Made by a program: the position numbers and the translations under genes. Positions 14,135-26,540 of a stretch of 64,000 nt of DNA are shown here, in pieces. The notes below the pieces were generated by a model. The model saw nothing but the letters and a program-made list of their open reading frames with translations. It was not told the origin of the DNA and did not search any database. The stretch lies in contig NC_043001.1 in the NCBI RefSeq assembly GCF_006345805.1, positions 105,834,001-105,898,000 on the forward strand, given 5' to 3'. Every line of letters starts with the position of its first letter. Position 1 is the stretch's first letter. The DNA comes from Octopus sinensis (Eukaryota).

Positions 14135-14139
14135 TATAC

Positions 14140-14188
<49 letters not shown>

Positions 14189-14579
14189 CATACATATACA
14201 TATATATGTCTCCAGCCGGTTATACTTTACGTTTCGTACGCCGCCGATGAGCTATGGCTATCATAAAATATCCATATTCCCCGATCTCGTTCACCTTCGG
14301 GTGAGTTGTCTTGCATGAGATGGGGCAGTCAGTGTTGTTTAACATCGACGTCGGGATGGAAGGTTTCCAAAGACGCTATCCGTAGCAATTGGGCATTTAA
14401 ACAAAGCACGTACACCGTGTGTGTGTATCATCCATAACACATTGCTACAACAGTTTTCAATTCAAATTATATGTTTATGTGGGATGTGTATGAATGTATA
14501 CGCATACCCATACAAATACACTTATACACACACATATGTTTATGTGTATATACACGAATGAGTGGAAAAGATAATACAG

Positions 14580-14625
<46 letters not shown>

Positions 14626-14647
14626 ATTTATGTATGTATATTCTTTT

Positions 14648-14820
14648 ATTTATTTACTTCTTTCAGTCATTTGACAGCGGCTTTGCCGGATCACCGCGTT
14701 TAGTCGAAAAATTGATCCCACGACTTATTCTATGTAGTCCTAGTACTCAACCTATCGGTCTTCTTTGCCGTGGCGCAAAGTTAAGGGGACGTAAACACAC
14801 CAGCATCGGCTGTCAACCTA
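14648..14820 (-). mobile_element. SINE A, 3' fragment
   Basis: Diverged match to the SINE A tail and body. Confidence 0.7.
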
Positions 14821-15227
14821 CACACTTAAACCGGAGTCCTTACTAATTAACTTCCAGTCAATAAGTTGACGTTGGAAGTGGTTGGTTAAAACAATTGTGA
14901 AATGGGTTTCAAATATATGTGAAACACTTCTATGAGTTTATTAAGAATTTTTGAGAAAATTTGCACTTGTTTACTTACTTTTGATTTGAAGGATTATATC
15001 AGAGACTGGCAGTCTATAACAAAGATGATATTTGTTATAAATGATGTTGAATGAAGTCTGTTTGGTAAGATTATACACAATTTGATAAATACGAAGATTA
15101 GAGGAAGCAGATTCTTATCGCGCCGTCCTCTATAGGAGCGCTACGTTTAGTTGGAAAATGTGTGTGTGTGATTATATATATATATATATATATATATATT
15201 AACAGCATACTTACCAATCACATGATT

Positions 15228-15310
15228 ACAGGGAGCGTCTTCTACTATAGCCTCGGTTGGACGAAAGCCTTGTGAGTGGATTTGGCAGACGGAAGTTGAA
15301 AGAATCCCGT
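15228..15310 (+). mobile_element. SINE A, internal fragment
   Basis: CTTCTACTATAGCCTCGG...GTGGATTTGGCAGACGGAA matches the head-proximal body. Confidence 0.75.
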
Positions 15311-16395
15311 ATATATATATATATATATATATATAAAGGTGTGTATGTGCGTGTATGCGTGTTTGCGTGTGCGTGTATGTGTGTGCGTGTGTATATGAGT
15401 GTGCGTGTGTATGTGTGTATGCACGTGTATGTGTGCATGTGTGTATGTGCGTATGGTTGGTTAAAAATTTGATAAGTATATGTACTGGTTATGTACGTTT
15501 GTAACCTTTATTAAAACGCGTTCAATACATCGGAGTAAAAGACGGTGAATGACCTAGTTTGGCATATTACGTTGCGAAACAGGAAAACGAGAAACACTCG
15601 ACTCACATTCAAAAAAATTTTAATATTTTTAATTCATCTTCTTCCATTAGCAACGACCCCTATATCTTAAATTAGGAAACATGCCATATTCAATAATTTT
15701 GTCATGCACCATTGCTACCTGAAAACTATAATATTGTGTTTATTTTTATTTTATATTTTCTTTTTCTGCGTAAAATATTTCATTTTTAATTCAAGGTTAC
15801 TTCAGCAAAGCAATAATGGAATGACATTTACATTCCGAAATATATTCAAAAGTAAATAATATAAATCGAAGAAAAATTCCAAATTTTAACTATGTTTCTT
15901 TCATTACTAGCATAGTGTTACGGAAATGATTTTCGGGAGAAAAAAGTAAAAATAATGACGCCATTACGAATGGTAAAAGTTTTTTATCTGAATTATAACA
16001 TGTATTTTTTCCATGTTCAATGCATAGAATTTATTGTGCCAGTAGATGGATTGCAGCTACTTCACAGAGAGTTCAATTGAACAGAGGCATCCTGTTTTTA
16101 TCTCATCAACAGATAGATTCTATTTTATCTCAGTGAAATGCATTTATATTTTCCTACATGCTGGCCATTTCTATTATTAATAAAAACCTTACTTTTCCAT
16201 ATTGTAATAAGTTAGATAGCTTTCTTCAATGTGCAACGGGATGTCTTTTATAAAAATACATGATGGGATTTTCTAGAAAAGAAGAATAAAGAAATGAAAA
16301 TGTGTGAATATACTTTTTTTTTAAGAATCAGCAAATATATTTGACGAAAGAATTCCTGGTAAAATGAAATAATGTCACCTTCGTCATGGCTTTTA

Positions 16396-16428
<33 letters not shown>

Positions 16429-16695
16429 ATATATTATATATATATATAATATATATATATATAATGCATTTACGAAAGCTAAAACAAACAAAAATTAAAA
16501 TGAACTCTATCAATTTTTTTAAAATTTTGTTTCTGTTGTTGAAACGTAACTTGCTTTTCTGTCTAGAAATATGTAAACACTAACTCACACGTTTGTCTAT
16601 AAATTCGACACATTGAGCTACTCAGGCTTTCAAAACGTACATACACACGCACATATATATATATATGTACACATAACTACATATGTGTATATATA

Positions 16696-16743
<48 letters not shown>

Positions 16744-16977
16744 GTATATATCTGTATATATATGTATATGCGCTTGTATTCATAGATATATTCACGTTAG
16801 TTGTTATTATGTGTGTATGTTTATATACCGAAGTACATATCTATCTCTTTCTCTACATATGTATGTGTGCGTGTGTCTCTCTCTCTCTCTATATATAGAG
16901 CTTTCCTCCATATGACTTTATATATATAGAAATTTATTGTTTATAATCATAATTTGTAAACCTATAGTCAACAAGGT

Positions 16978-17193
16978 TTACTCTTTTACCCTCTTACTTG
17001 TTTCAGTCATTTGACTGCGGCCATGCTGGAGCACCGCCTTTAGTGGAGCAAATCGACCCCGGGACTTATTCTTTGTAAGCCCAGTACTTATTCTATCAGT
17101 CGCTTTTGCCGAACCGTTAAGTGACGGCGACGTAAACACACCAGCATCGGTTGTCAAGCAATGCTAGGGGGATAAACACAGACATACAACCAT

Positions 17194-17247
<54 letters not shown>

Positions 17248-17415
17248 CATATATACGGCAGGCTTCTTTCAGTTTCCGTCTACCAAATCCACTCACAAGG
17301 CTTTGGTCGGCCCGAGGCTATCGTAGAAGACACTTGCCCAAGATGCCAGGCGATGGACTGAACCCGGAACCATGTGGTTGGTAAGCAAGCTACTTACCAC
17401 ACAACCACTCCTGCG
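16978..17415 (-). mobile_element. SINE A, full length
   Basis: Complete head, body and tail. Confidence 0.9.
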
Positions 17416-17897
17416 TATAATTTTGTAGAAAATATAATTCATGGTTCTGCAAAAACACATAACAAACCATTTCCATTTCCGTTGTTATCACATATTCATA
17501 ACCCCAGAAATATGCATAAATATAATGATGCCTTTTTTTTTATCAAATATTTTGTGTGCATTCTTTAAAATATTTTGCTGCCGCTTTTGTAGAGTACAGT
17601 GAATGCATTTTATATATACATAATTTTTTTCTACAGAATCATCTATTCTCTGTTTATTCGTTAATCTTTAAGTTATTTTTCTAGAACATTCATCTCTGAA
17701 TTATAAATGCTTCTACGTTTTCGTTAACGTGAAAACAGTTTGTAATTTATTGCATTCGCCTGGATTTTCAATCATTAATACAAATTAGCGTATTTTACTT
17801 CGCCGTGTAGCAGATATGAAGATCGTCAACTGCGTTCTTCTACATGCTCCTTTCATTCTTTTATTCTTTTCAGTTCCATATTTAAGAGTTGAGGAAC

Positions 17898-18042
17898 TAT
17901 GTACATTATTTACATTTGACGGATATTTGTCCTCGTCTTGTTTGTTTTTAACGCAACGTTTCGGTTGATATACCCTCCAGCCTTCATCAAGTGTCTTGGG
18001 GAAATTTCGAACCTGGTTTCTCTTTCCTGAGATATTTTTCGA

Positions 18043-18108
<66 letters not shown>

Positions 18109-18266
18109 CATTATTATTATTATTATTCGGATCACTGCCTGGAATCAAACTCGGAATCTTGGGGTTAGTAGCCCGCGCTCTTAACCACTATGGGAATATG
18201 GCGTAGCGGTAAATATCGCGGGCTACTAACCCCAAGATTCCGATTTCGATTCCAAGCAGTCACCTA

Positions 18267-18322
<56 letters not shown>

Positions 18323-18328
18323 TAATAA
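17898..18328. mobile_element. tRNA-head + (TAA)n + hammerhead element; two heads back-to-back, right arm truncated
   Basis: tRNA-like heads at ~18128-18192 (-) and ~18198-18265 (+). HHR-like motif at 17950-17995 (-), with C3 changed to U. Same family as 46211-46745. Confidence 0.75.
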
Positions 18329-18490
18329 CAGCCTTTAGTCGAGAAAATTGACTCCTAGGTACTTATTCTTTGTAAACCTAGCACTTACTCTAGCGGTCAG
18401 ATTTGTCTAACCACTACCTTGCGCGGACGTAAACACACCATTATGGGTAGTCAGGCGATGGTGGGGTCGCAAAAGCAGACACACGAACAT
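18329..18490 (-). mobile_element. SINE A, body fragment
   Basis: Diverged match to the SINE A body. Confidence 0.65.
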
Positions 18491-18725
18491 ATGTATATAT
18501 TCTTCGCCACTAGCCAGTGATTAACACACACTAAAGACGGGTAACCACCTAGAAACTCGGGTATGTGTGCATCACGTAAGACTAAAGATGGGACCGATTA
18601 TCCTCCTCGCAAATACTAATCGAACACAGACTGTGTGTCGTTAGCCAGCCGGTGGAGATATCTTCCTGGGTTTACAAACAATAGTAGCGCCGTCCTCTAT
18701 AGGACATATACATTTACATACATAG

Positions 18726-18758
<33 letters not shown>

Positions 18759-18768
18759 TATATACATG

Positions 18769-18886
<118 letters not shown>

Positions 18887-18899
18887 ATAACGTAAGTTA

Positions 18900-19180
18900 T
18901 ATTAGTGTTGAGAAATCTTAGAATCCTTTGCTTAGTGTATTCGACTGCTGGTTTGGATAATCCAGTCGTAGTGAGAAGAACGTCATCCATGTATAATCTT
19001 CCTGCTATTTCGGGGAAGGAAAAATGGGTAATTCCACTGAGGCAAAATGTGCTAGGAGAAACTGAGAATTTAAGAATATTTAATCTTTCACTGTACTTAG
19101 ATTTGCCAAAGCAAATGTTTCGAAGGTCTTTCCGAGATAAATTAGTCTTCCGTTTCGTTTCCCCAAGACTAACCAAACGC
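18900..19180 (-). pseudogene. Possible reverse-transcriptase palm fragment (LTR-type; BEL/Gypsy/DIRS unresolved)
   Basis: ORF reads FSVSPSTFCLSGITHFSFPEIAGRLYMDDVLL. YMDD follows an FGxS-like segment at plausible spacing. Confidence 0.4.
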
Positions 19181-19614
19181 TTAAGGTTTTGATAGGAATT
19201 ACGAGTTCATTGACTTCAACTAAGCAATACTAGTCAAGTATTAAATGTATTGCTTCTAATCCATTATTGATTGTGAGCCCAGATTCATGATTACGTTTTA
19301 TAATTGATAATATTCATGCAATTTTTAGCAATTTATACATGTTCTAATAGACATTGCAGATATCTAAACTAATCGTTAATTACAAGAGGCCTTTGTATTT
19401 TCATATTATGAAAGACAACACGATGCAAATTAAATTAACTATATTGAATTATGGTACCGCTTTTCTGTATAGGGACTAATAATGGACTGGCGTGACAAAA
19501 GCAGTCAATAAAAATTCATAAAATCTATTTCTTTATGAGAGTCGATTAAACACACACACACACACAGGCGCGCACACAAATGTATATATACACATGACTA
19601 TATGTAAATGTACA

Positions 19615-19770
19615 GGAGGGGCTGTGTGGTAATTACCTTATTTTAGCAAGAACATGGTTCCGGTTTCGGTCCCACAACGTGGCACCTGGGGCAAGTGGCT
19701 TCTACTATAGCCTCAGGACGACCAAAGCATTGTGAGTGGATTTGTTAGACAGAAACTGAAAGAAGCCCGT

Positions 19771-19772
<2 letters not shown>
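19615..19772 (+). mobile_element. SINE A, head fragment
   Basis: GCTGTGTGGTAA...GGTTCCGGTTTCGGTCCCAC...CTTCTACTATAGCC. Confidence 0.8.
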
Positions 19773-19848
<76 letters not shown>

Positions 19849-19851
<3 letters not shown>

Positions 19852-20012
19852 CCCGGGTTGATTCGGGGTTAACCACATAAATAGGTTAATAGTAGAGTAA
19901 ATTATTTATTATATAGAAGGAGCTTCTACAGGACTAGAACTGTTCATCAAGAGAAATATTCAGAAGATTTCTCTGAATGAAACAGTTCTAGTCTGTAGAA
20001 GCTCTATATCTA
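19849..20012. mobile_element. Collapsed hairpin copy of the 6.3/9.3-kb terminal repeat
   Basis: Starts with the same CCCGGGTTGATTCGGGGTTAACCAC and folds back within the HHR core. Confidence 0.8.
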
Positions 20013-20235
20013 AAATATATATATATATATATATATATATACTACTGGATTGTGTATTTTTCATATACACTTAATACGGAAAAAATAAACAGTTACCAGG
20101 GCAGGAAATAATCACACAAGTAATAAGGACGTAACACTCTGCTTGTAAAGGTAGAGCTCCGGTTTGATGTGAAATATTTTGTATAATATATATGGATAAT
20201 TGGAATTTAACGCAAGTGTTATTCAAATTCCTTTA

Positions 20236-20322
20236 CTTCCGCCACATGTTTCGAAGACTACATTGGTATTTTTCCAAAGCAATAAAATGGTGAGAAACTA
20301 TGTAATCTTCTCATCAGGGAAA
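20236..20322 (-). ncRNA. Decayed hammerhead with 11-bp stem II
   Basis: UUCC-CUGAUGA-GAAGAUUACAU...AUGUAGUCUUC-GAA-ACAUGU-ggc-GGAA. The cleavage-site region is disrupted. Confidence 0.6.
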
Positions 20323-20929
20323 GAAAGAAATAAGCCAAAATCATCAATAAGACATTTTAACAGAATGTGATGGATGGGTATAATGATGAATGGAACGTTA
20401 TTAAGCTTTCTTTTTAAATAACTGTTAGAGGATATAATGTGAAAGGTAGCCCATAGGCTCATAAGTAGCATAGGAAAGAAATAAGCAGAAAAGTAATAAG
20501 TGATAAATATAGAGCGATATGTGAATTAAATAAAAGCTTAAAGGCTTGGGAAAAGATATATCTAGTGGAAGTGAAATGTAAGAAGAAAATCAATGTTTAA
20601 ATTATATATAATGATAGATATATATGAACTAAAGGTATGTTTCTGCCAATGTTTACATCGATAAGCACGTTTTATAACCGTGTTTACAAGGGGATTCTTA
20701 GAAAAAAGAATAGAAAATAGTTCTGTATGATAGAGTTGACAGAATTCTTTGCCTTCAGCATATGGGAATGAAACGGAGAGAATCACCGAATCAAAATTAA
20801 ATTGTTTATTATGGTCCTTTAGATACCAAATTAATTACACTAAAGATCACACCGACCATATCAAAATTGTACATTAGATTCGTATGACACCCCAAATAAA
20901 AATATAACACTGCCCAACCACGTATCTAA

Positions 20930-21745
20930 ATCGACAAAGCGTGAAATTATTTGGTACGCCTCTACATTTTGCCTTCAAATAAATTTGTTACCGAAACTTT
21001 TCTTTGAAATTTTAAAATCAAACTTTCCGAAACACCATAAATACTATTTTATATTCAATAAATCTTCTCTGAGAATCTGTTACTCTACAAACTCTAATTT
21101 AGGATCGATAATATCCTCTATTAATAAATCGAAAATTCGTGCACGGACAGGTAAATCTAATGAGTCAGATAAATACAATATTCTTGATCAATTTCCCAAC
21201 TATAAAACACACGCAACTCTTAGCTCCATAAAATTGCCCAGTCTGGAATTACTACTCACAAACTAACTAACACTATTGACCAACAAACTAATACTCCGGC
21301 TCCAAATTTAAATGAATTAAAAACAAAACTGCAAAAAAAGGAGAAAAAACGATGCAATTGTCGCCTAAAAGATTCCTTACCTCTTGTGCGCGATATAACG
21401 TTATTTATATATGTCACAAGATGCCCAATCTAAAATGTACATTGGTAGTACCAGCGATTTTAAGCATAGAGATCGAACTCGTATAAACACTTTTAATAAT
21501 CCTAAATATAAAACGGCTAGCATGATTGCTAACTATATCCACAAGCTCAATTCAGAAAACAGAATGTATACACTAAAATGGTCCATTGAAACCGAGATTT
21601 TTCGTGTTTTCATCCAAAATGGAGACGAACACCATCCCTCCATGTGATCAACATGCAAAATTGCTAAGATTTTAAGATATTTTTATTAACGTTAAAACAT
21701 TGGGGGCCTTAATACACAAATAAAGAAATTTTATCCACCAATGCG
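20930..21745 (+). pseudogene. Decayed Penelope-like element: thumb/linker plus GIY-YIG endonuclease
   Basis: Frames read KREIIWY...FFEILKSNFPKHHKYYFIFNKSSLRICYS, then KKRCNCR, then MYIGSTSDFKHR...IANYIHKL...KWSI. These match PLE linker and GIY-YIG signatures. Confidence 0.75.
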
Positions 21746-21804
21746 ATGTTGAGCATGCATTCGCATTGTTCGACATGTACGTATGTATGTATATATGCAT
21801 ACTG

Positions 21805-22165
21805 GCAGTAAACATTGGTATTGAGAGCTATACTAACCCCCGAATTGGATCTCACTTCATTGTTCAAAAGGTCCCTGCTCTACCGTCTGTACTGAGGCGC
21901 ATGGACTGTAATAGCTCGGGATTCAAATACCCATAGCTATTTAACGCCTTGCCAAAACATCGAAGGGATCTTCATGGATTAGGGGTAGATGTTTTCAAGA
22001 AAAATATTTGACATCCAGTGTCCCAGGCGAAGCTATAGCAAGTCAGGAAATTGAAAGTGAGCAGCAGTTTCGAGCTCACGCCGTCACCAAAAGGCATTGA
22101 AAAGCTGATTACTCTGGCGGTGCCGCAGCATGGCCCTAGCATTGGTGTTGGAATTTAAAGAAGAA
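21805..22165 (+). mobile_element. CR1-like LINE 3' end (ORF2 C-terminus plus 3' UTR)
   Basis: Reads ...LFNALPKHRRDLHGLGVDVFKK..., typical of CR1/L2-group ORF2 ends. The 3' UTR contains GGCGGTGCCGCAGCATGGCC. Confidence 0.6.
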
Positions 22166-22271
22166 TAAAAACTATCTGTCTATCTATCTATACACACACA
22201 CACACCACACACACTCACACACACATATATATATATATATGTGTTGTGTGTGTGTGTGTATGTGTGTGTGT

Positions 22272-22324
<53 letters not shown>

Positions 22325-22674
22325 TGTGTGTCTGTTTGTGTGTAGGTCCAACCTGCCGTTGCTTGTTCGTTCGAAGCCTCAACAGTCCATGAATTTTATA
22401 TTTTTAAAATTTTTGGATGCTGCTGTCTAATGACGTTTTCTTATCTCGTCGTTAAAAGCACGAAATAGGAAGTAATTAACAATCCGACAACTGATGAGCA
22501 GTTATCTTATGTTGTTATTTTCTCCCGTACAATTTATGTCGTGTGTTTACGTATATTTCACTCGTTGGTGATGTGTTGTACACAATGTGTATTTTTCATC
22601 TTTTATTTACTCACAATCGAACGCCACGCAGCCTTGACCACAGTAAGTTCCTATAGATATCCAATATAGGTATA

Positions 22675-22730
<56 letters not shown>

Positions 22731-23414
22731 ATATGCATGTATGTATATATATATGTGTGTGTGTATGTATATATGTATATTTCTTTATGTATATATATAT
22801 GCGTATGTATGTATGTATATATGCAGGCATAAACATATAAAAGTCACACGTATTAAAACAGGGAAGATGGAGGGAAGGCGGGAGACAGAGAGAAAGAGAG
22901 AAGAATAGGAGAAGTCGATTTGCAAAGCTTATGAACTTTTCTGACTACTAAGCGTTATGCAAATGTAATAATATACAATTTTGTCTATTTTGTTTTCGCT
23001 CATTAATTACGTTATTCTAAATACATATTAAGTTAAATCTCCCTAAACATGGTTAACGAATGATTTTAGTTGATTATAGCATTGACAAACTTTCTTCATG
23101 TGAATAATTTAATAACTCTCCGTTCACTTTATGAGCAGAACAAAAACAAAAGAATGAAGCAACTGAAAGAGTTATCTAATCTGAAATAAAGAGATCGCGG
23201 ATGGACATTTCTTACAGAAATATGTCCCTATACGGAGATGACTCATACATTAGGCGAGCTCCCATGCACACTCCCATAACCGGTCTTCTAAATATGGTTC
23301 GACAGCAAAATTTGAATTAAAACTTATTATCGAACATCAGATTATAGAATACGAAATGCCAAACAAGACTTTATGGATTTTAATCTTTTCACTTTTTGGT
23401 TCTGAAGCACAATC

Positions 23415-23677
23415 CTAAGGCACTGGAACATAATGTGCCTGTGTTCATACATTAGTACGCATGACACTGTCTTCATACATTAGTACACTAAGGCACTGGA
23501 ACATAATGTGCCTGTGTTCATACATTAGTACGCATGACACTGTCTTCATACATTAGTACACTAAGGCACTGGAACATAATGTGCCTGTGTTCATACATTA
23601 GTCGCATGACACTGTCTTCATACATTAGTACACTAAGGTACTGGAACATAATGAGCCTGTGTTCATATATTAGTACA
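23415..23677. repeat. 73-bp minisatellite, ~3.6 copies
   Basis: Units start at 23415, 23488, 23561 and 23633 and are nearly identical. Confidence 0.95.
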
Positions 23678-23799
23678 CATAATCCGTCATTTACAACGAC
23701 GACGGAATGCATATGATTCGATCAACGTTACATTCTGCTCGTCAAATCAACGTACAAGTATCTAAGCATTTCACAGACAAGCATAAACTTCACATAACT

Positions 23800-24000
23800 C
23801 TCAGGAAGATCCAGCGTGCACACAGTGCACCAAGGCCGCAACTACGAATTAGAGGTGGAACACGCTTTTGCGAGGTGAGTGGACTAGAGTAACGTGAAAT
23901 AAGGTGCTGAGATCAAGGACACAAGGCTTCACAAGGAATCGTACTCGGGACCTTATGATCGTGTGCTGAACACCGGAACCACTAAATCACGTTCCTTCAC
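23800..24000 (-). mobile_element. Diverged tRNA-headed SINE
   Basis: Minus strand reads GTGGTTCCGGTGTTCAGC...CCCGAGTACGATTCC...TGTGTCCTTGA, an A/B-box-like layout. Confidence 0.4.
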
Positions 24001-24753
24001 GCATTAGTATATACGTATCTATTCGGTTTAAAAAATTAAGACAATATTAAATTAAAATAATCAATTAGGTTTCATAATTGGCCAGGTATTGTGGTGTTCA
24101 TTCTGAAATGACATGTTATGGAGGTTCCGTGTCAAAAACTATAGCATAAAACAAAGTGGAATTGAAAGTCCTTCCAAAAGCAGGCAATGAAAATACCAGA
24201 TATATTTCGGTCTTTTGGGTCAATGTTACTGACATGAATTCACGTCCAGGTATAAGCCTTAAAAAAAAAGTATTCGGCAGATTAAATATAGGAAATAGCA
24301 AATCAAACACTGACGTTGCGAAAAACAAATCCAACAGAATAGAAATCAGATTACACAATAGAGGCAGTATTAAGTCATACAGCTAAGTATCATACCTAAA
24401 GTATAGACACAGTTGATGTGCTAGTTCCGGTGGTATTCATCCTGAAATAAGATCTCTTGAGGGTGTGATGGGTAAAAAATTGAGGAAATGTCGGTGGAAG
24501 AAGGAGACATTCCAGTAGATACCATGATGTATTCAAGATGCATTTCCGGCTTTTTAGGATTGATCTGTGCCATGTGCTCCAAAAGGTTTCAATTGCATCT
24601 GATGCTATATGATCCATTCTTGGGTGATGTCATTGACATGTCGGTATTTATTGTATCAACGGAGTTTGTATTTTAAGTACGGTGTATAAATTGCTCTCTC
24701 TTTCTGGGTGTTCTCTCTTCTTTCACTTATATATTCAGTATATATATATATTA

Positions 24754-24794
<41 letters not shown>

Positions 24795-24849
24795 TATATA
24801 TATATATGAATATAGTGGATAGAATATTATATGTATATGTACATGATAC

Positions 24850-24909
<60 letters not shown>

Positions 24910-25040
24910 ATGTATATATATATATATATATTATATATATATATGAATATATATAATAAATATAGGGAATAAATCCAAATTTACAGGAAAAAATCAGATT
25001 TAGGATTAAATCGATTTTATAGTAAAATATTATAAAATAT

Positions 25041-25170
25041 TATCGAGACAAAACCATATTTTGCAAAACAAACAAGGAAAGACTTAATTATACATAAAAT
25101 TTTAATATTAAATTTTATGTATTAATAAGTCTTTCCTGTTTGTTTTGCAAAATAGTGGTTTTCTCGAATA
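25041..25170. repeat. ~60-bp-arm hairpin (fold-back repeat end)
   Basis: TATCGAGACAAAACC...CATAAAATTT is mirrored by AAATTTTATG...GGTTTTCTCGAATA. Confidence 0.85.
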
Positions 25171-25221
25171 TATTTTATATGAATATATATATATATGAAT
25201 ATTTATATGTATATGTACATG

Positions 25222-25258
<37 letters not shown>

Positions 25259-25347
25259 GTGGTGTGTGTGTGTGTGTGGTATGTAAATGTATATATATAT
25301 ATAATATATATATATATATATGAATATATATATATATTTATTATATA

Positions 25348-25387
<40 letters not shown>

Positions 25388-25644
25388 TATACAGACACAC
25401 ACACGTTCAGTTCGCTTCGTGTTATGCTGGTTGAAAGACGCTGCACGAAGCTGCACAGGATATAATGCCCGGTTGTGTATGGAAGGTGCCCAAAATGTGT
25501 GCAATAGAAACATGTGTAGCTCGTTGTAACCACCAAAATATATATTTCTGACATTGTAAAATTCTCAATGCTTATAATCATTGCTTAATTACACAGAAAG
25601 GGAGAGAGAGAACGTGAGATAGATAGTGAGAGACGGATTGACAG

Positions 25645-25760
<116 letters not shown>

Positions 25761-26149
25761 GACATACTCGTATATATCTAGTTCTACATTCAAATTAATA
25801 AAGGTTTTGTGATTTGCTCAAATAAAAATCCAATTTCATGCTATAAATCGGAAGCAATCTCCCTACCTAAAACAGATACGTTAAAAATTTATCAGAATAT
25901 CCTTTAATGTAAGAGGATCAAACTCTTATAATGGCGTTATTTGGTGATTAATTCCCATAATTATTTAGAAATTATAATTATTGATTGGCTTATCAGAAAT
26001 AATACAAAATAGGCCTTATCACACACGTATATCTATTTTCACATTATGTTTCGTAGTACCCCACACTTCCACACACCAATTCCATTGCGCTTGCACATGT
26101 CCCCTCTCTGAAAATATATGGGTGTGTGCTTCTGTGAGCATGTACGTAT

Positions 26150-26540
26150 ACATTCTTTTACTCGTTGCAGTCATTTGACTGCAGTCATGCTGGAGCACCG
26201 CTTTTAGTCGGACAAATCGAACCCAGGATTTATTCTGTTTAAGCCTAGTACTTATTTTATCGGTCTCTTTTGCCGATCCACTAATTTATGGGGACGTAAA
26301 CACACAAATACTGGTTGACAAGTGAGGGTAGGAGAACAAACACAGACAAACAAATACACACAGACAGACACACACACACACATATAAATATATCCCATGG
26401 GCTTCTTTCTGTTTTCGTCTGCCAAATCCTCTCACAAGGCTTTGGTCGGCCCGTGGCCAAATTATAAGACACTTACATAAGGTGTCACGCAGTGGGGCTG
26501 GACCCGACACCATGTGGTTGGAAAGCAAGCTTCTTATCAC
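26150..26540 (-). mobile_element. SINE A, full length, diverged
   Basis: Head, body and tail are all recognisable. Confidence 0.85.

Noticed and set aside
23415-23677. CRISPR-like alternation of a 14-bp repeat and spacers
   Set aside because: The spacers recur in every unit, so this is a tandem 73-mer. The context is also eukaryotic.
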